From contig CM068748.1 of the NCBI GenBank assembly GCA_035084275.1, positions 18,972,001 to 19,036,000 on the forward strand: 64,000 bases of DNA, written 5' to 3'. The translations under genes and the position numbers were made by a program. How positions within the stretch are numbered: position 1 is the first letter of the stretch; each line of letters starts with the position of its first letter. Below, piece after piece: positions 28,001-43,000 of the stretch. The stretch is from Hydrolagus colliei (taxonomy: Eukaryota). The notes beneath the pieces were generated by a model. It was not told the origin of the DNA and did no database searches. It worked only from the letters and a program-made list of their open reading frames with translations.

Positions 28001-31000
28001 TGAAGACATTATTTCAAATGCAAGGATTATTTTTTCTATCTCTGACATAAATCAGCATTTGTATTGGTGTTTGTCCACAATCAGATTGTAGGATTAAATT
28101 TGATTTTACCATCTAACTACCCTTTCAATATATTACTTACTGAAACCACACCCACCCATCTATAAAGTCAGTTTTCCTGCATGGCCGGCAGAAATTTATG
28201 TATTAACTATTGTTAGTTTTCTGAACAGTGACTAGGAAATCCAAAGCATAGAAACACAGAAAACACGAAAAAAAACATCTGGAATTTGCACATTTGTAGC
28301 ACCTTGTGGCATTGAACCATTTCAAATGCTTTGTGGATAATTATTGTCAAGGTTTAGTGACTGTATTTAAGAGGGAATTGGGTTTTAATGTAGATGTGGA
28401 ATATGGAATTTTCTAATCTTATACTAATCCTTCCCCCAATTTTTAAAAAAATGTGTTTGTTCAATCTACAACTGTTTGTGAGGTATTGTTACATGCAATT
28501 GGCTGACGCGTTTCGCCAAAAAAATACACAGCCAATCCATTTTACAGTACATCCTGTGAAGCGTTTTGAGTCGGCTCAACAAAGCCACAGGGCGCTGTAT
28601 CACATGCAAGGATTATTATACATAAATATTGAAGAAACAGAAAATTACAATTCAATTCACCGTTCACCTTACTTGTGCGAAGCCATTGCCCCCAGATTAG
28701 CTGCTTGTAGCTGCTTGCATTGCAACAGTCACTGCACATCAAAGTAACTCATTTTGTGAAACGCTTGGAAACGTTTTCACTTGATAAGGGGCTACATTGA
28801 ATGCAAAGATTGTCCGCATCAGCCCCAGCTGGCTTTGTGTTGTGTTCACGGGCATGACCAGGAGTGCATCAAGCTGTTGCAATCAGTTGAGTTTGTGTCA
28901 GCACTTATCGCCGCAGGAATTTAACACACTATTTTCATCTTGCAGCCGTGAAGCCTCTTGTAGTCGAAGACAATTACTTACTCTGCTCTGCTCCAGTGAT
29001 AGAGGAAACTGGAAAGTAAGTAACGAGGCGACTTGTTGCATCCCTTTTCGTTATTTAGTGCAATATTTTGATGAGTTGTACACTCGGTACATTTCAATAA
29101 GTTACTGAGAACAACAGTGCGGCTTTTATCAATGGAGCATTTAGTGTTACGCCTTTGGCAATGTCGAAAGCTAAAGGTATTTCCCTGTTATAATTCTCCC
29201 CCACCCCAAGCAAAACATTGACCCCAAATCAATAACGTTTTTGTAGTTTAAGATTTTGCTTCTTATTTAGGTTCCATTTCGTGTTTAAATCATTATATTT
29301 GGTGGGGAATTATCACCTTTCAGAAAGTTTCTTTGAATGTTTCCAGTTTGTAACATTCAAGATATGGTTGCTTGGTTGTTTGCTCTCTCACCTCCGACTT
29401 GGGAGGTTCTGGATTCATGGCCTGCATTAGGACTTTGCACATAGTCCAGGTTGACACTCCAAGATAGTGCTGATTGAAGGCATCATCCTTCGAGTGAGAG
29501 TGACCTACCTATTAAGGTGCACATTACAGACCCTTACAACAATCTTCCAACGGATAAAATTGGTCCATCTTCATTGACTTTTCATGGCACACATGGTTGT
29601 GACCAAACTGAACACTACACCTCACTGTTAAATCCTTTGAAGCTCTTGATCAAATGCAAGGATTGTTAATATTTATGGTCAACCAGAACTCAAATATTCC
29701 TTGCATTCAATGTTCCATTTATACAGCACCTTTCGCATCAGGAAGATGTCTCAAAACGTTTAAGTATGAAAATACTACAGATATGAACTTTTCTTTATGT
29801 TCCTTTTTTAAAAACTTCTTCCCAGCTCATTACCGCTTTTCAATTTCAGCTGTTAGTTCAGGATGTTCAAGAGGTAACCTTGGCTTTCCCTGTCACTATT
29901 TCAAATGATCTCCCTCCCATTGTCCTGACTTTGCGTACAAATTGGCTTTGATGTTTAACTGCAAATACACAGACACTGTAGTTTACAGTAAATGTGAAGT
30001 CCAGCACCTTGGGATGTCCTCCTGACGTGAAAGGGGCTAGACAAATGTGATTTTGTTGTTGTTGTTTAGATGATGTGAAAGGTGCTATATTGAATGCAAC
30101 AATTATTAATTGTTATTATTAGATTCCCATATCATTCATATTCACCCCCCAATTAAAAAAATTAATTTACAAAATACAGTCAATGCACTTTATAGTATAT
30201 TCTGCGAAGCTCTGTGAGACGTCTCAATGAAGTGATAAGGTGCTATATGAAATGCAGGGATTATTATTATAATTATTAACATTTAATTGGTTACACATCT
30301 CATTGATGTTTGTAGGGTGTTACTGGCGTACATTAGCTGCCACATTTGCCTCCATGACATTCACTTTGAATTATTGTCATACTTCAAGTGATTTCTTTTA
30401 CACGCGAGGTGCTATAGAAATTGATGTCGTTATAAGCTTCTACCAAGCAAAATTCCCATCCCAGACTGTAGCTACAGAAATTACCACCTAAATATAACAA
30501 CCTCATTGTTCACCTCTGCAAACATGCAACTTTATATGTATCTTATAGCATGTAATTCAGCAAAGTGTGCAAGTCTTGCTTAAAGGCTTTTCATTTTATA
30601 TCAAATAAAATAAATGACAAAACTTGCATTTATATAGCACCCCGCATGCAGGGCAGTGTCCCAGAGTGCTTGACTTTGGCAGAGCCCGACGCCAATCCAG
30701 GGGGGAAAGGGGAGTTGACCAAGAGGAAGAGTTCGACCTCTTCCTCATGGTCGAAGGGGAAGGTCTTCAGTTGAGACCTGAAGATGGGGAGGGTTGAGGC
30801 AAGGCAAGGAGAGTTTAAGGGAGAGCGTTTAATAAAAATAATAAAATGCAACTTGGCTAGCATTGTGGTAAATAAATAGGATCAGTTAGGTTTTTAGAGA
30901 CCTGTGCAGCTTGGTATTTATGAAATATTAGCACAATTTATCAATGTAAGATTCACATTATAGCTTTAGATGTTAGGAACTGCGCAAGTAGGCAAGGTTA

Positions 31001-34000
31001 ACCTTATATGATCTTTGCTGCAGTAGAATCATTTCATTCAATTACTGTGTCAACAAATCAAAACCATATGAAACCCTACATCTAGTCTATGGTGACACTG
31101 TTGATTCTGAAATGGAATAACTACCAACAATTTTGTGGGAGTTGATCAGTGCAAAGAAAATGTAAAATGCATAAACTCAGCTTTATGTCATCCTTGGGCT
31201 ATGGTTAACCAAAGAACTGAGTTGCTGCAATGTTGGGATTACTGAGCAGGATGGAACTGTGGTTTTCCTGTGAGACTTTGCTTGTCGAGACTGAATCTGA
31301 ACCCGACGCTGCCTTTGCTACACCTGCAGTCGAGGGAATGGCTTTCACAGAGATGTCCGTTGTCCGATGTTGTTAACAGTAGCTAAGAAGTTGCGTGATT
31401 ACAGCTGTACGGTTTCAACTTCAAGCTCCCTCTCACTATGATCTGGGTCTGCTTGCCCTTAAACTGGAATGTGCTTCCACTATCTGCTAGGCATTGATTG
31501 ATAGGTAGCTGGAGGCTTAAGTGGGTTAGAGAGAGAGAGAGAAAGACATTTACTGTCTTCACGTAGCCCTGAGTTCCACAGTCTGCAAACTGCATTCTGA
31601 GAATAGTTTCAACATCTGAAATGTTCCCGGCAACTTTTTTTTTACACTTGCTTGCCTTGTTTGAGAAACGTAATGGCTTGGAAATGTGTATTATATACTG
31701 TTTGTTTTATGGCACAGTAAACGAATTTGCAAAATCAAATCTGTTTAAAACGCCAAAGCAGAAAAAGTGTTGCTTTTTGACGCTAACATTTTTCTCTTGT
31801 TTGTTAACTTCTGCTATCTAATGCTGAACACAATACAAATTATTGATATTTTCATACGTAAAAGAGTTAATGTTTCATGCTCTATAAAGTTGTGAGTATT
31901 CCCAGTGCTGCGTTGTGGTTGTGAGTTGCGCTCATTTTAAATGCAGTTCAGGCCCATTGTAACACCTTAATTGCGGGTCCATAAAATCCCGCCCAGTGTT
32001 TTAACAGAGTGTGATTGTTGGTCAGTGTTTCCATGGATCACACGCTCATAGGATGTCCTCCCGACGTGAAAGGCACTTATAATAAGTGTAATTTTGTTGT
32101 TGTTGGCTAGTGACGTCACAGCACATGCGCAGAGGAAGTAGTCTGAACCCTCACTCCACATGCCTCTGTGCAACTATCAGTAAGTAGGAACCTGGTTGTT
32201 AGTCGATTAACAGATCAGTTTCCAGGGGATAATAATCGCTAAAAAAACAAACAAATTGGGTCATTCAATCCACAACTGTTTGTGCACTCAGTCCATGCTG
32301 TGCACAGTTAACTGCCGAGTTTCACCAACAAAATACAGTCAATCCACTTTTACTCAGTTCCAATTCATCAAAATAATTAACAACGCCTCAGATTACTTAT
32401 TGCATGACACACTGTTAACTTCCATTATTCTCATAAATCGGCATCAACGGTGCATTTCAGATGCCGCAAACATGACCAAGTTAAATTGCAAATAGCTGAA
32501 TTTTGTGGCTTGCACATTCCACATCGGCCTGTCAACTTTAAATAGACAAAGCTGTAAAGATGTATGCATGTAAATTAGTACATACACTTCAGTCGACAAC
32601 TCCCTCCGAACTGTTAGAATACACTTAATTATAACATGGGTTCATTTACATGGGTGCTCCGTGCATCCCTTGCCAACTATCCTGCATTCTTTTTTAAAAA
32701 AATCAACTTACAGTTATTAGCCTGGCTCAATTGGTAGCATACTTGCCTCTGAGTAAGAAGGTGATAGGCTCAAATCTCACATCGGGACTTTGAACAGTTT
32801 GCAGCCTAGTCTGATGCTCCAATGCAGTGCTGGGGGTGTGCTGCATTGGCGGAGGTGTCGTCATTCAGATGAAACATTAAACCGAGTTCCCGTCTGCCAG
32901 ATCAGGTGGACATCTCATGGTATTATTCAAAAAGTGAGGTGCTTCATATGTCTTGACCAACAGTCCCCCAACTTAAATTGGTCACTCAGTTCATGGATAT
33001 GATTATGGGGGACATTAACGTGCGCAAATTGGCTGCCTCGTTCACCTACAAAATGCACAGCCACTGTATGTCCTGTGAAGTGTTTTGAGACGTCCTCCCG
33101 ACATCTCAAAGTTGTTATATCAAATCACTGCGGCTATCTCTTCATAAACCAATCTCTGCCTCCATACGTCAACATTGAGCCATTCTTGATCATTTTATTT
33201 TTAGGAAGGTCGAGAAAATTCAAGGTTGCCACCTTCCTCTTAAATGTCACTGTTGGTTGATGTAGTTCAAATGGTCTCTGATGTTGTTGACAGCTGCCCT
33301 TTCTCTGAAGCCTCATTTATAGCACAAGCAGAGAGTTCAGCTCAAATCATGTTCACTGGAGCTGAATTTATATCCTACAGCACTGCCAGGTGCCAGGTGA
33401 ATAACATATGATAATTCAAAGCCAACCTTCCTAATGTCAAAATCAAAATTTGCTGATCCGCGCTCATCAGTTGCCCTTAGTTCTAAGGCCTGCCAATTGC
33501 TAATGGTCCTAGCCTCAAGACCATTGCCTTAACATTGAAGGTCATATACAATTTGGGGAATCTTTTAAACATTAAGGCACAATATGGAACCTGGTTTCCT
33601 GCAACTCTAATGGTCTTCCAAGTAAAGTATTGTTTTGGGTCAACTGGATGTCAGACAAATCCAGAAATCCATCACTCTCCCGCCCACAGAGGGACACACC
33701 CTGCTTACCAGGAATTTTCCACAGATCAGCCCACGTTTTAAAGGAATAACATATTACAATCTTTCAGTTTAGATCGTTCATCATGCAACCTTTTCTCTCT
33801 GTTTTGTGCTAACATTGCTCATTGATCTTACAATAGCAATGCAAATAATCCTTGTACAGTATTTGATTTAGTGCCTGATCACTTCATTGAGATTTTCCAA
33901 AGTGCTTTACACCATAAAGTGGATTGACTGTGTATCTTGTGGGTGAAATGCGACAGCTAATTTGCACATAGCAATATCCCACAAACAGCCATGAAGTAAG

Positions 34001-37000
34001 CGACTGATTTTATTTGGGGGATTCATTGGCTAGGACACCAGGAGAAACCTTCTCTTTTTGAATAGTGTCAAAGGATCTTTAATGTCCATTTGAACAGGTA
34101 GACGGGACCTTAGTTTAATGTCTCATCTGAAGAATGGCACATCCGACAACACGGCACCCCCACTTCCCCCCAGCACTGCATTGGAATGTCAGTTTAGACT
34201 GTGTGATTTCACAGCATGAAGTCATAAGAACCTTCCACTGATGGTTGGACAGAGGGATGAGGAAGTAACCATAATAGTCATTAGAGTGGAGGGCAAAGGC
34301 AGGAGATCAGGACTGCAGGCAATGCACAGATAAGGAGAGGCAAAGTCTGAAGGGAATTGAAGAGGTAATGAGGACAAGTTTGGGAAGGGAATTGAAAGTT
34401 AGAACAAGACAATGAAGTCAATCTATTGAAACGCAGAGCGAGCAGAGCCTGGGTAGGTTTGGGATGATGTAAGGTTTCTTTGACCTTTGAGTAGTGCTTT
34501 TAGAAAGTCTTTCAATCTCATTTCTGCTTTCTTTACCACAGAAATCCCAAAACAATCCTACAAGGAATCCCCTGTCCCATGTTGAACACCAGACTAGTAT
34601 TTCGTTGAAACTACTCACTGGAGTTTCATGTTGGGAAATTGAAATGCTATTTACTGGAGCAGTGAAAAACTGGAATCTGAAAATTTGAAATATAATATTT
34701 TCAAACACATTTATGTTTTATGACCTAAAAAACATAAGGATGTGAAAAATCACCGAACAGCCCGAACCCAGACTGAGCCTGTGTGAAATTCAATTTGCTC
34801 ACATTAAGCAAACTTATAGCAATATCTACAAAGGCTGATGTTTCTTTTCTTTTAAGGGTGGTTTATCTTCAAGTGAGCATGAACAATGGTCTAACATTCA
34901 TCTCCAGCTCTGTCAGCATCACCAGCACCTACTGTGTAAGTATATCCTTGACAGAATTCAATGTCACAAACATTACAGTGAGAAAATATATGGCATTACG
35001 AAATGTAAGCAGGCCAAACATGCTGTTCCCCCAACCTACAAATGTCTGTGATGGACCTTAAATATATTCTCTCTTGTTGCTCACTCATCATCCAATGGAC
35101 AGCAGTGTTCTGTTCCCATGAACATTTTAGTGTTTAGTAGGTTCGAATGAAACAATTATTCAACACACTGCTAAGGCCTTCCCACTGGCTCCCAACCTCA
35201 GTTCGGGTGCACGGCCACTATTGTTAAGCGCCCTGGGATGTCCTTCCGACATGATAAGTGTGATACAAATGTAAATATTTTTGGATTGGTAAGAAACAAT
35301 AGTAAGAAAGGTAGAAATACCAGGTGTTGGTTGCCTGCCTCTCAGTGTCAAACAAACTCTGGTTCTTGTACTGTCGACTGATTTCTTCCTTTTTGGTCTT
35401 TCCATTTAACCTTTTCACCTGATAGATTCACTCATTCATCTTTGCGGAGCTCGTCTCTTTCTCTTCTCTGAGGCCTCCTATTTAATGAAGGGTCCTAAAG
35501 AAATTCTGCTCCGCTCATGTTTCTTCTCTGATTCTCTTCCTTTGAGTAAGTCTCTATATCTTTCCAGCTATTACATAATGCAAGCTGAATTGCAAATATC
35601 AGTCTTTTTTCCCCTCTTCTGAATGCTTTGCTTCTCATTGCTTTTTATTCATCGATTGAGTTTGTGAAAGTTTCTGTCACTGAATTGATATGTGTAAACA
35701 TATACATGGCAAACAGTTTGAACATCTCGTATAAATGTAGAGGGGCTAGGATTGTTCTCTTTACAGCAGAGAATGTTAAGAGGAGAAATAATAGGTGTTC
35801 AAAATTATGAGGGGTTTTGAAAGAGTTAATGCGAGAAACTGTTTTCTTTGGTGGCTGGATCGGTAATTAGAGGACACTGATTTAAGATAATTGGCAAAGG
35901 AACCAGAGAGGGAGTTGAGGAAACTCTCTTTTACCCAGAGAGTTGTTATAGTCTGGAATGCACTGCCTGACAGGGTGGTGGAAGCAGATTCGACAGTAGC
36001 TTTCAAAAGGGAATCGGATAGGTACTTCAAAAGGAAAACAAATTGCTAGGCCATGAGCAGGGGAGTGGGAGTACTCAAAGAGCTGGCACAGGCTCGATGG
36101 CCCGACTGACCACTTTCTGTGCTGTAAGTTCCTATGATACCCTGATTCACCCTGTATAATTGTATTTTTTTCTTCAAGCAGTGTCTTTTCTTAAACTGTC
36201 TGTTTTCATTTTGATCATCAGTCTGACGGAACGATCCTATTCATTGCACTGTTGGTCTTGTTCCTGCTCCTGGTATTGATGTTGCTGTGGTGGTTCTGGC
36301 CTCTGTGTTGCACTGTGGTAAGCTCTCAATCGCTGCTTCAACACTTTAGATGACAGCTTCTGCCCAATCGTTCCAGATTATGAGGAGATTATGTCCTGGC
36401 CAACAATCCTCCAAATAGATTTGGTCATTCACTTCATAGATTTTTGCGAAACAATGCTATGTATAAATTGGCAGCAGCTTTCACCTACAAACTCTCCTTA
36501 TATAATTGAAGGACTCTTGGCAATAAGTGAATCAGTTGTGTGTAATTTTTAAATTTTGATGATTACTGTACAGTTCCAAGCAATAATGCAAAGCAATGCA
36601 TTAGATTTATTTAGTAATCAATTGTTATTTTTTGTCCTAGGTTATCAAAGGGCCACCTCCTCCATTATTCCCCACAGATGTAAGTAATGCTTTCTTTTCA
36701 TTTAGTTATTTCCTTCAATTACGGATTTAACAACAGTGAGATTTTTATTTGAACATGGTAACTCTCACAAGTTTTACTAAATCATAAAGTAGCCTTTAGT
36801 CATACATTCACCCGAGCCCTGTTCAGTTTTCCATCGAAACCATGGAGATTTCTTTGCACTACTCGTTCTTCATCACCTCCTAACCCATAACACTGCTCCC
36901 CTATCCTCTATTACTACTGCACTTGCCTTGAATCACGGGAAATAATGTCCTGAGCCTTCGATGCTTCCGCACTTACCAGCCGGCTGGATTGAATCGTGGA

Positions 37001-40000
37001 ACATGTAGTCATGATCTAATGTACGGGCAGAACTTCAGTTCTTGCAATTGAATGCAATTCCAACACTTGCAAATAGGTGTTGGAATGAGCCCAGACTCAT
37101 TGAATCGTGGGAAATGTAGTCTTGATCCATCACTATATGTGCACTTATCGGCTGCATTGAATTATGCAGTGTACGTTATTGATTAAATTGGATTTTCTAC
37201 AATTTATTATATAGTTTGCCTGCAACTCGAACTTTGTCAAAGTCATTAAATGTTACTGTGCTGACTGATATGACCTGTGAGTTTCACTGTATTTATCGCT
37301 GTCATTTTATCTTTGTCCCGAATTTGCTAATGCACAAGCTCTTCTGAAGTTACTAGGGTAGAGATACAGGTTTGGGATAAAAAGAGCCTAGGCATGGCTA
37401 ATAATCGTATATAATTACCTCTGTACTTCAGTTTGGCTTGTGTGGTGCAGTTAAATATAGGAGGTCTAGCAAAATAACATGTGCAAGTGGTAGGAGAGCA
37501 AGAGTTCAAGGCACATGGAAGAATTGTCTACTTGTGCTGAGTGGGTTAAATGAAAGGGCAGGGGACAAAGATCTTAATACAGTGCCTTGCAAAAGGTCTT
37601 TGTGGTATTCTGCCACTGAAGTTCACTTGTGTCCTGTACAGTACTGGAAAAAACAGTACAAACTGAGACATCTACAGGGAGGTCTGTGTGCGTCTCAGCA
37701 ACCATCACAGAGGCAGAGCAGATACGAGTATAATATGTTGTTTGTCTTCACATAATGGTTTCCCTTTGCTTTGAATTATCAGAACTACTTGGCTTGAATA
37801 CATATACATGTGCTTGAAACTAGTAATATGAAACAGCCCTGAATCTGGCAAATGCCAAAGCTGGCTTTTTTCCTGAATGCAATGTCGCAAGAAAGACACA
37901 GAAATCCTTTTTTTTTTTGCCTGGGGCTGAAAATCTCCTTTGGATTCTACTTGAGCCTTTTGTAGCAGCATGAAACGGCTTGCTGTTTCAGATCTGCTTG
38001 AAACTGACTGAACAGTTTTACACAGAAGTGCAGTAGGTGGAATTCAATCCCTCCGCAACTTCACCCCACATAACCTGTACAACCAACAACGTAATAAGTC
38101 TCTTAGCAAATGCAAGGATGAATATTATTATAATTCTGTTGTTATTATTATGTTCCTCCTGAAGGACTCCGACGATGAATCAATGCCAAAGAAAAAATGG
38201 CCAACAGTTGACGCATCCTACTACGGGGGAAGAGGAGTGGGCGGTATAAAAAGGATGGAGGTAACTTCTGCTTACATCTATGGTTCCACTGTCAGTAAAC
38301 ATAAACTGTTGTTTTGCAAAGAGCAGCAAATAATGAAGGCACCTTCACTATCTGCACCTGTTAAGATATTGTTTGCCAACCTGATGCAATGATAGCACTC
38401 TAGCCTCCGAGTCAGAAGATTGTGGGTTCAAGTCCCAGGTCGGAACTTAGAATCACATAGTCTAATACAAAGATCATTATTATTATTATCCTGTTCATGT
38501 GGATATTCGAGTCTATTTGAAAAAGAGAGGTGTTTCCTTCAGTGTTTTGACCAACAATACCCCAGATAAAATTGGTCATTCACTTCCGGGACATTGCTGT
38601 GTGTAAATTGCCTTCTGCATCGGCCTCATTCTCACCCAACTCCATTGGCTCTCCATCACCCAGAGGATTCAATTCAAGATCCCGGTCTTCAGATTCATAG
38701 CCCTCCACGGCCTCGCTCCATCCTACGTCTGCGACCTCCCAACCCCCACCTACCTGCACACTCACTCTGCTCAGCAGGCTCCGTCCTGCTCAATGTCCCC
38801 AGCCCACCCTCCCCACCATTGGCAGGTGAGCCTTCAGCCACTCTACCCCTATCCTCTAAAACTAACCCGCAGTCCCTCTGTCTCACACCCTCCCTAGCCT
38901 CCTTCAAGTCCCACCTCAAGACCTTCCTCTTCGACGGTCCATCGGTCACCCCAAATCCCCCACTTTTCCTCCACCCTCCCCAGCTTCGGTCTGAAACATT
39001 GACTGTCCAGTGCCTTAGGATGTCCTCCTGATATGATAGGCGCTATACACGTGTAATTTTGTTATTGGTGGTGCTGCTGCATTTGCCTCCAAAAAACAAT
39101 CACTGCATTTTACAGGAAATCCTGTGTTTTACATTGATAAGCCTTCTTGACATTTCAGGGCTGTTTGTGAGTCACTGCTGTGCACAAATTGGCTGTCATA
39201 CTTGCCTCCAATTACACAGTCAATCCTGTGAAGCACTTTGAGATGTTTCGATGACATGATAAGGCATTATATCAAATATAAGCATTATTCTTGTAAAATA
39301 AATTCACTGAACACTTCATAGAATCATAGAATTTTACGGCACAAAAGGAGGCCATTCGGCCCATCTAGTCTGTGCCGGCTCTTTGAAAAGAGCGATTCAA
39401 TCCCATTGCCCTGCCCGCTCCCCATAGCCTAATAGACCCGTTCTCCCTAAATAAAGATCTAATTCCCTTTTAAAAGTTGTTATCGAATCAGCCTCCACCA
39501 CCTTTTCAGGCAATGCATTCCAGATTCGAACAACTCGCTGAGTGAAAAAATTTCTCCTCAGCTCCCCTCTACTGCGCCTTGAAACTATTTTAAATCTGTG
39601 ACCACGAGTCACAGATTCACCCACGAGTGGAAATAGTTTTTCTCTATTTGCCCTGTCGAAACCCCTCATGATCTTATAAACCTCTATTAGGTCTCCCCTC
39701 AATCTTCTCTGCTCCAGAGAGAATAACCCTAGCCTATCTAGCCTCTCCTCATAGCTGAAGTCCCTCAATCCTGGCACCATCCTAGTAAATCTTCGTTGTA
39801 CCCTTTCCAATGCCTTCACATCCTTTCTGTAGTGTGGTGACCAGAATTGAACACAGTATTGAACACTTATTTGAACTTGGCTTCTAACATTTTTTTAATC
39901 CTGCATTTGATATAGCAAATGACACGACATTGAGATGTCTCAAAGTGTATAACAGATTAGACTGTAAAGTGAATCAACTGTATATTTTTGGGCAACATAC

Positions 40001-43000
40001 ATCAAAGTAAAGGAAAATTGACTGCCACCTATTCTGGCTGACATATATTGTCAATTCCTTCTCTTAAATTCCAGTATAAGTGTCCTGAAGTTCTCTTTAA
40101 AAACACCAGAACCAGATGCTTTGTGGCTGCAGTGCTATGTTGTTATGCAGAAGGCAAATCTGGACTGTACCCTCTTTGCATAGGTGATCTTGTGGATCCA
40201 GTTATTTAGAAATGTATTGCCTGTGCAAACACACACATATTAAATTGTACCAAAACAGGGATAGGGAGAAGGGGTGGGGGCGGTATTAGGGTTTCTTAAC
40301 AAAGCAGTGGAAAAGTGTCCAACAGTGATAGGAAAATCTTTCCAGTTACAGGGAGTCTTTGTACAAACAGTATGAATTTAAATGAAAGCCAGGAGCAGCA
40401 CATGAAGGTATGCAGAATGTTAATAACGGGCTTGATGTGAAGCGGGCCGGCGCTCAGCACTGAGAAACTGTGTCATAAAAATATTAATAATGAGGGCCAT
40501 AAACGGTTGATTTTTAACTTTTGCTTTCCGAGAAGAATATCGTCCAAGGGGAAAAAAATATGGAAAACAACGAAAGTCAATTGAGCAGGGACCTGACAGG
40601 TGGTGAAGATTACGATAGAATTTGATAACAACAACAGAAACAAAATTACATTTGAATAGTGCCTTTCATGTCAGGAAAATTCCCCAAGTTGCTGGTCAAT
40701 CAATATTTCAGATCCTAGCTGGGGATCAGGATTGGGGAAGGTGGAGGGTAGGAGGAGAAGGAGGGTGATCGAAGGCATGGTCGAAGAGGAGAGTTTTGAA
40801 ATGGGTCTTGAAGGAGACAAAGAGTGGGGTTGGAGGTGGAAGGACTGCCGGATGGAGTTCTAGAGGGTGGGTGGGGGCCAAGTGGCTGAAAGCCCAATCA
40901 CCAATGGTGAAGTGGGCAAAGCGGGTGACATGCAGTAGGCGGGAGTCCACTGAGTGGAGGGAGCGGGCAGGTTGCTGGGGGTTAGGAGGTCACAGAGGTA
41001 GGGGGAGCGAGTCCATGGAAGGCTTTGAAGGTGAGGACCAGGAATCTGAACTCCTCCCGACCTGAAAGGCACTATACAAATGTAATTGTGTTGTTGTTGA
41101 ATTGTATCCTCTGTCTAATGGGAAGCTAATGTAGTCAGGCGAGCATGGGGGTGATGGGGTCGCGGAGCCTGGTGTGGGAGAGGTTACACACTGCAGAGTT
41201 CTGGTTGATCTGCAGCCAATAGAGGGAAGATTTAGAGAGGCTGAGAAGCAGGTAGTTTGTGTAGTCGAGCCTGGATGTTATAAATGCGTGGATGAGGATC
41301 TCAGCGGCCCGCAGTGTGAGACAGAGGCAGAGCTGGGCTGGGTTGCAGAGATAGGGGAAGGCAGAGTGGGTCATGGCACAAATATGGGGTAGCAAGGATA
41401 GTTAAGGGTCAAACAAGGCGCCAATATTATGGGCTGGTTTGGATGGTGATGTCAGTGGCTGAGGTGTGGAGGCGCTGATTGGTGCCAATCAGGAGGGCCT
41501 CAGTCTTTTTGGCGTTCAACTGTAGAAAGTTAGCTCTCATCAAAACTTGATGCCTGTCAAGGCAGCAGTGGTTCTGCAGTTGAGTGGGAGGTATAGAAAT
41601 AGAGTTAGGAGTTGGCCACATACATGGATGTTGGCAGTTTGTTTCCACTTGTTGGCAAGTCCAGAACAAGAGGGCATAGGAAAAGGAGCAGGGCATTCTA
41701 TTAGATCATGGCTGATCAGTAGCACAACTCCATTTAGCTACATTTGCTCCATGTCCCTTGATACACTTACGTAATAAAAATCTGTTGACCTCAGTCTTGA
41801 AAATTCCAATTGATTCAACAGCATTTTGAGGGAGAGAGTTCCAGAGTTCCACTTCTCTTTGTGTGAAAAAGTGCTATCTGATATAAGACTGCGAGTAACA
41901 GATCTGGTAAAGAGTTTACAAGGAATGTCATCCAACACAACGTGGTGTGAATGTGGATTTCATTGGCAGAAGCCATGTTTGAATCAAAAAGTATCAATGT
42001 ATTTAAGAGGAACCTTAATGGATAGGCAAATGAGAAGGGAATAGGAGGGGTGGAGGCTCAAGTGGAGTGCGAACACTGGCTCAGATGAGTTGAGCTGAAG
42101 AGGCTACTGCCATGCTGTGAGGTCAATCATTTCATACGGGGATTGAACCATCAGGGGCCGTGCCTTCAGCCACTACGTCCGAAGCTCTGGAACTCCCTTC
42201 CTCATTCCCATCACTTCGTCCCCTCTTTTCTTAGTTTCAGGTCTCGGCTAAAGACCTTTCTTTTCAACTGCACTTTCGGTCACCTTTTTCCCCCTGCTCC
42301 TGGCTCGTCCCTGGGATCCGTTATTGTGAAGCTCTCTGAGACGCCGCCCAGAGTGGAGGGCGCTATATAAATCAACGTTGTTGTTGCTGAACAGTTACAG
42401 GTTAACAGTAAATGAAGATGAGAGAAATTGTTAAGCATCACGTGCTAAAGCCATTCATTCCATGTGAATCTTTGCAAAGTTGCTGCATTTTGCCCATAAA
42501 ACACACTTTACAGTAAATCCTATGAAGCTGTTTGAGATGTCTCTGTGATGCAATAAGGCACTATATCAAATGCAAGGATTATTAATGTTAAGTTAATCAA
42601 TGCTATTTCAATATCCTTCATTTTTCCCTCCAAAGCTCTCCACAGCTTTGCTCTCATTTCCATGCTCAGGTCCACACATTTTGTCTTACATTCTCTTCTT
42701 TGATTCCATTAATTGAAAACAAATTTTCTGCAGAATATTACAGATGCTTTTAATGTTTGTACATGTCCAACAAATTCAGAGCACATTTATTGGGATTAAG
42801 ATGATGTTGAAAAGAAATTAACAACAGAACATTGCGCTGATGTCGTACATTGCTCCAGGTTAACAACATTATGTTAACAACATTGTAGTAATAATAAGCC
42901 TTACATTTGATATAGAACTTTAGCACATTGTTGAGGTATCTCAAAGCACATCACAGAACATACTGTAAAGTGAATGGACCGTATTTTGTGGGCGAAAAGC

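Noticed and set aside
39397-39819. 140-aa ORF as a nested host gene
   Set aside because: It is the C-terminus of CR1 ORF2 inside a TSD-bounded, truncated insertion.
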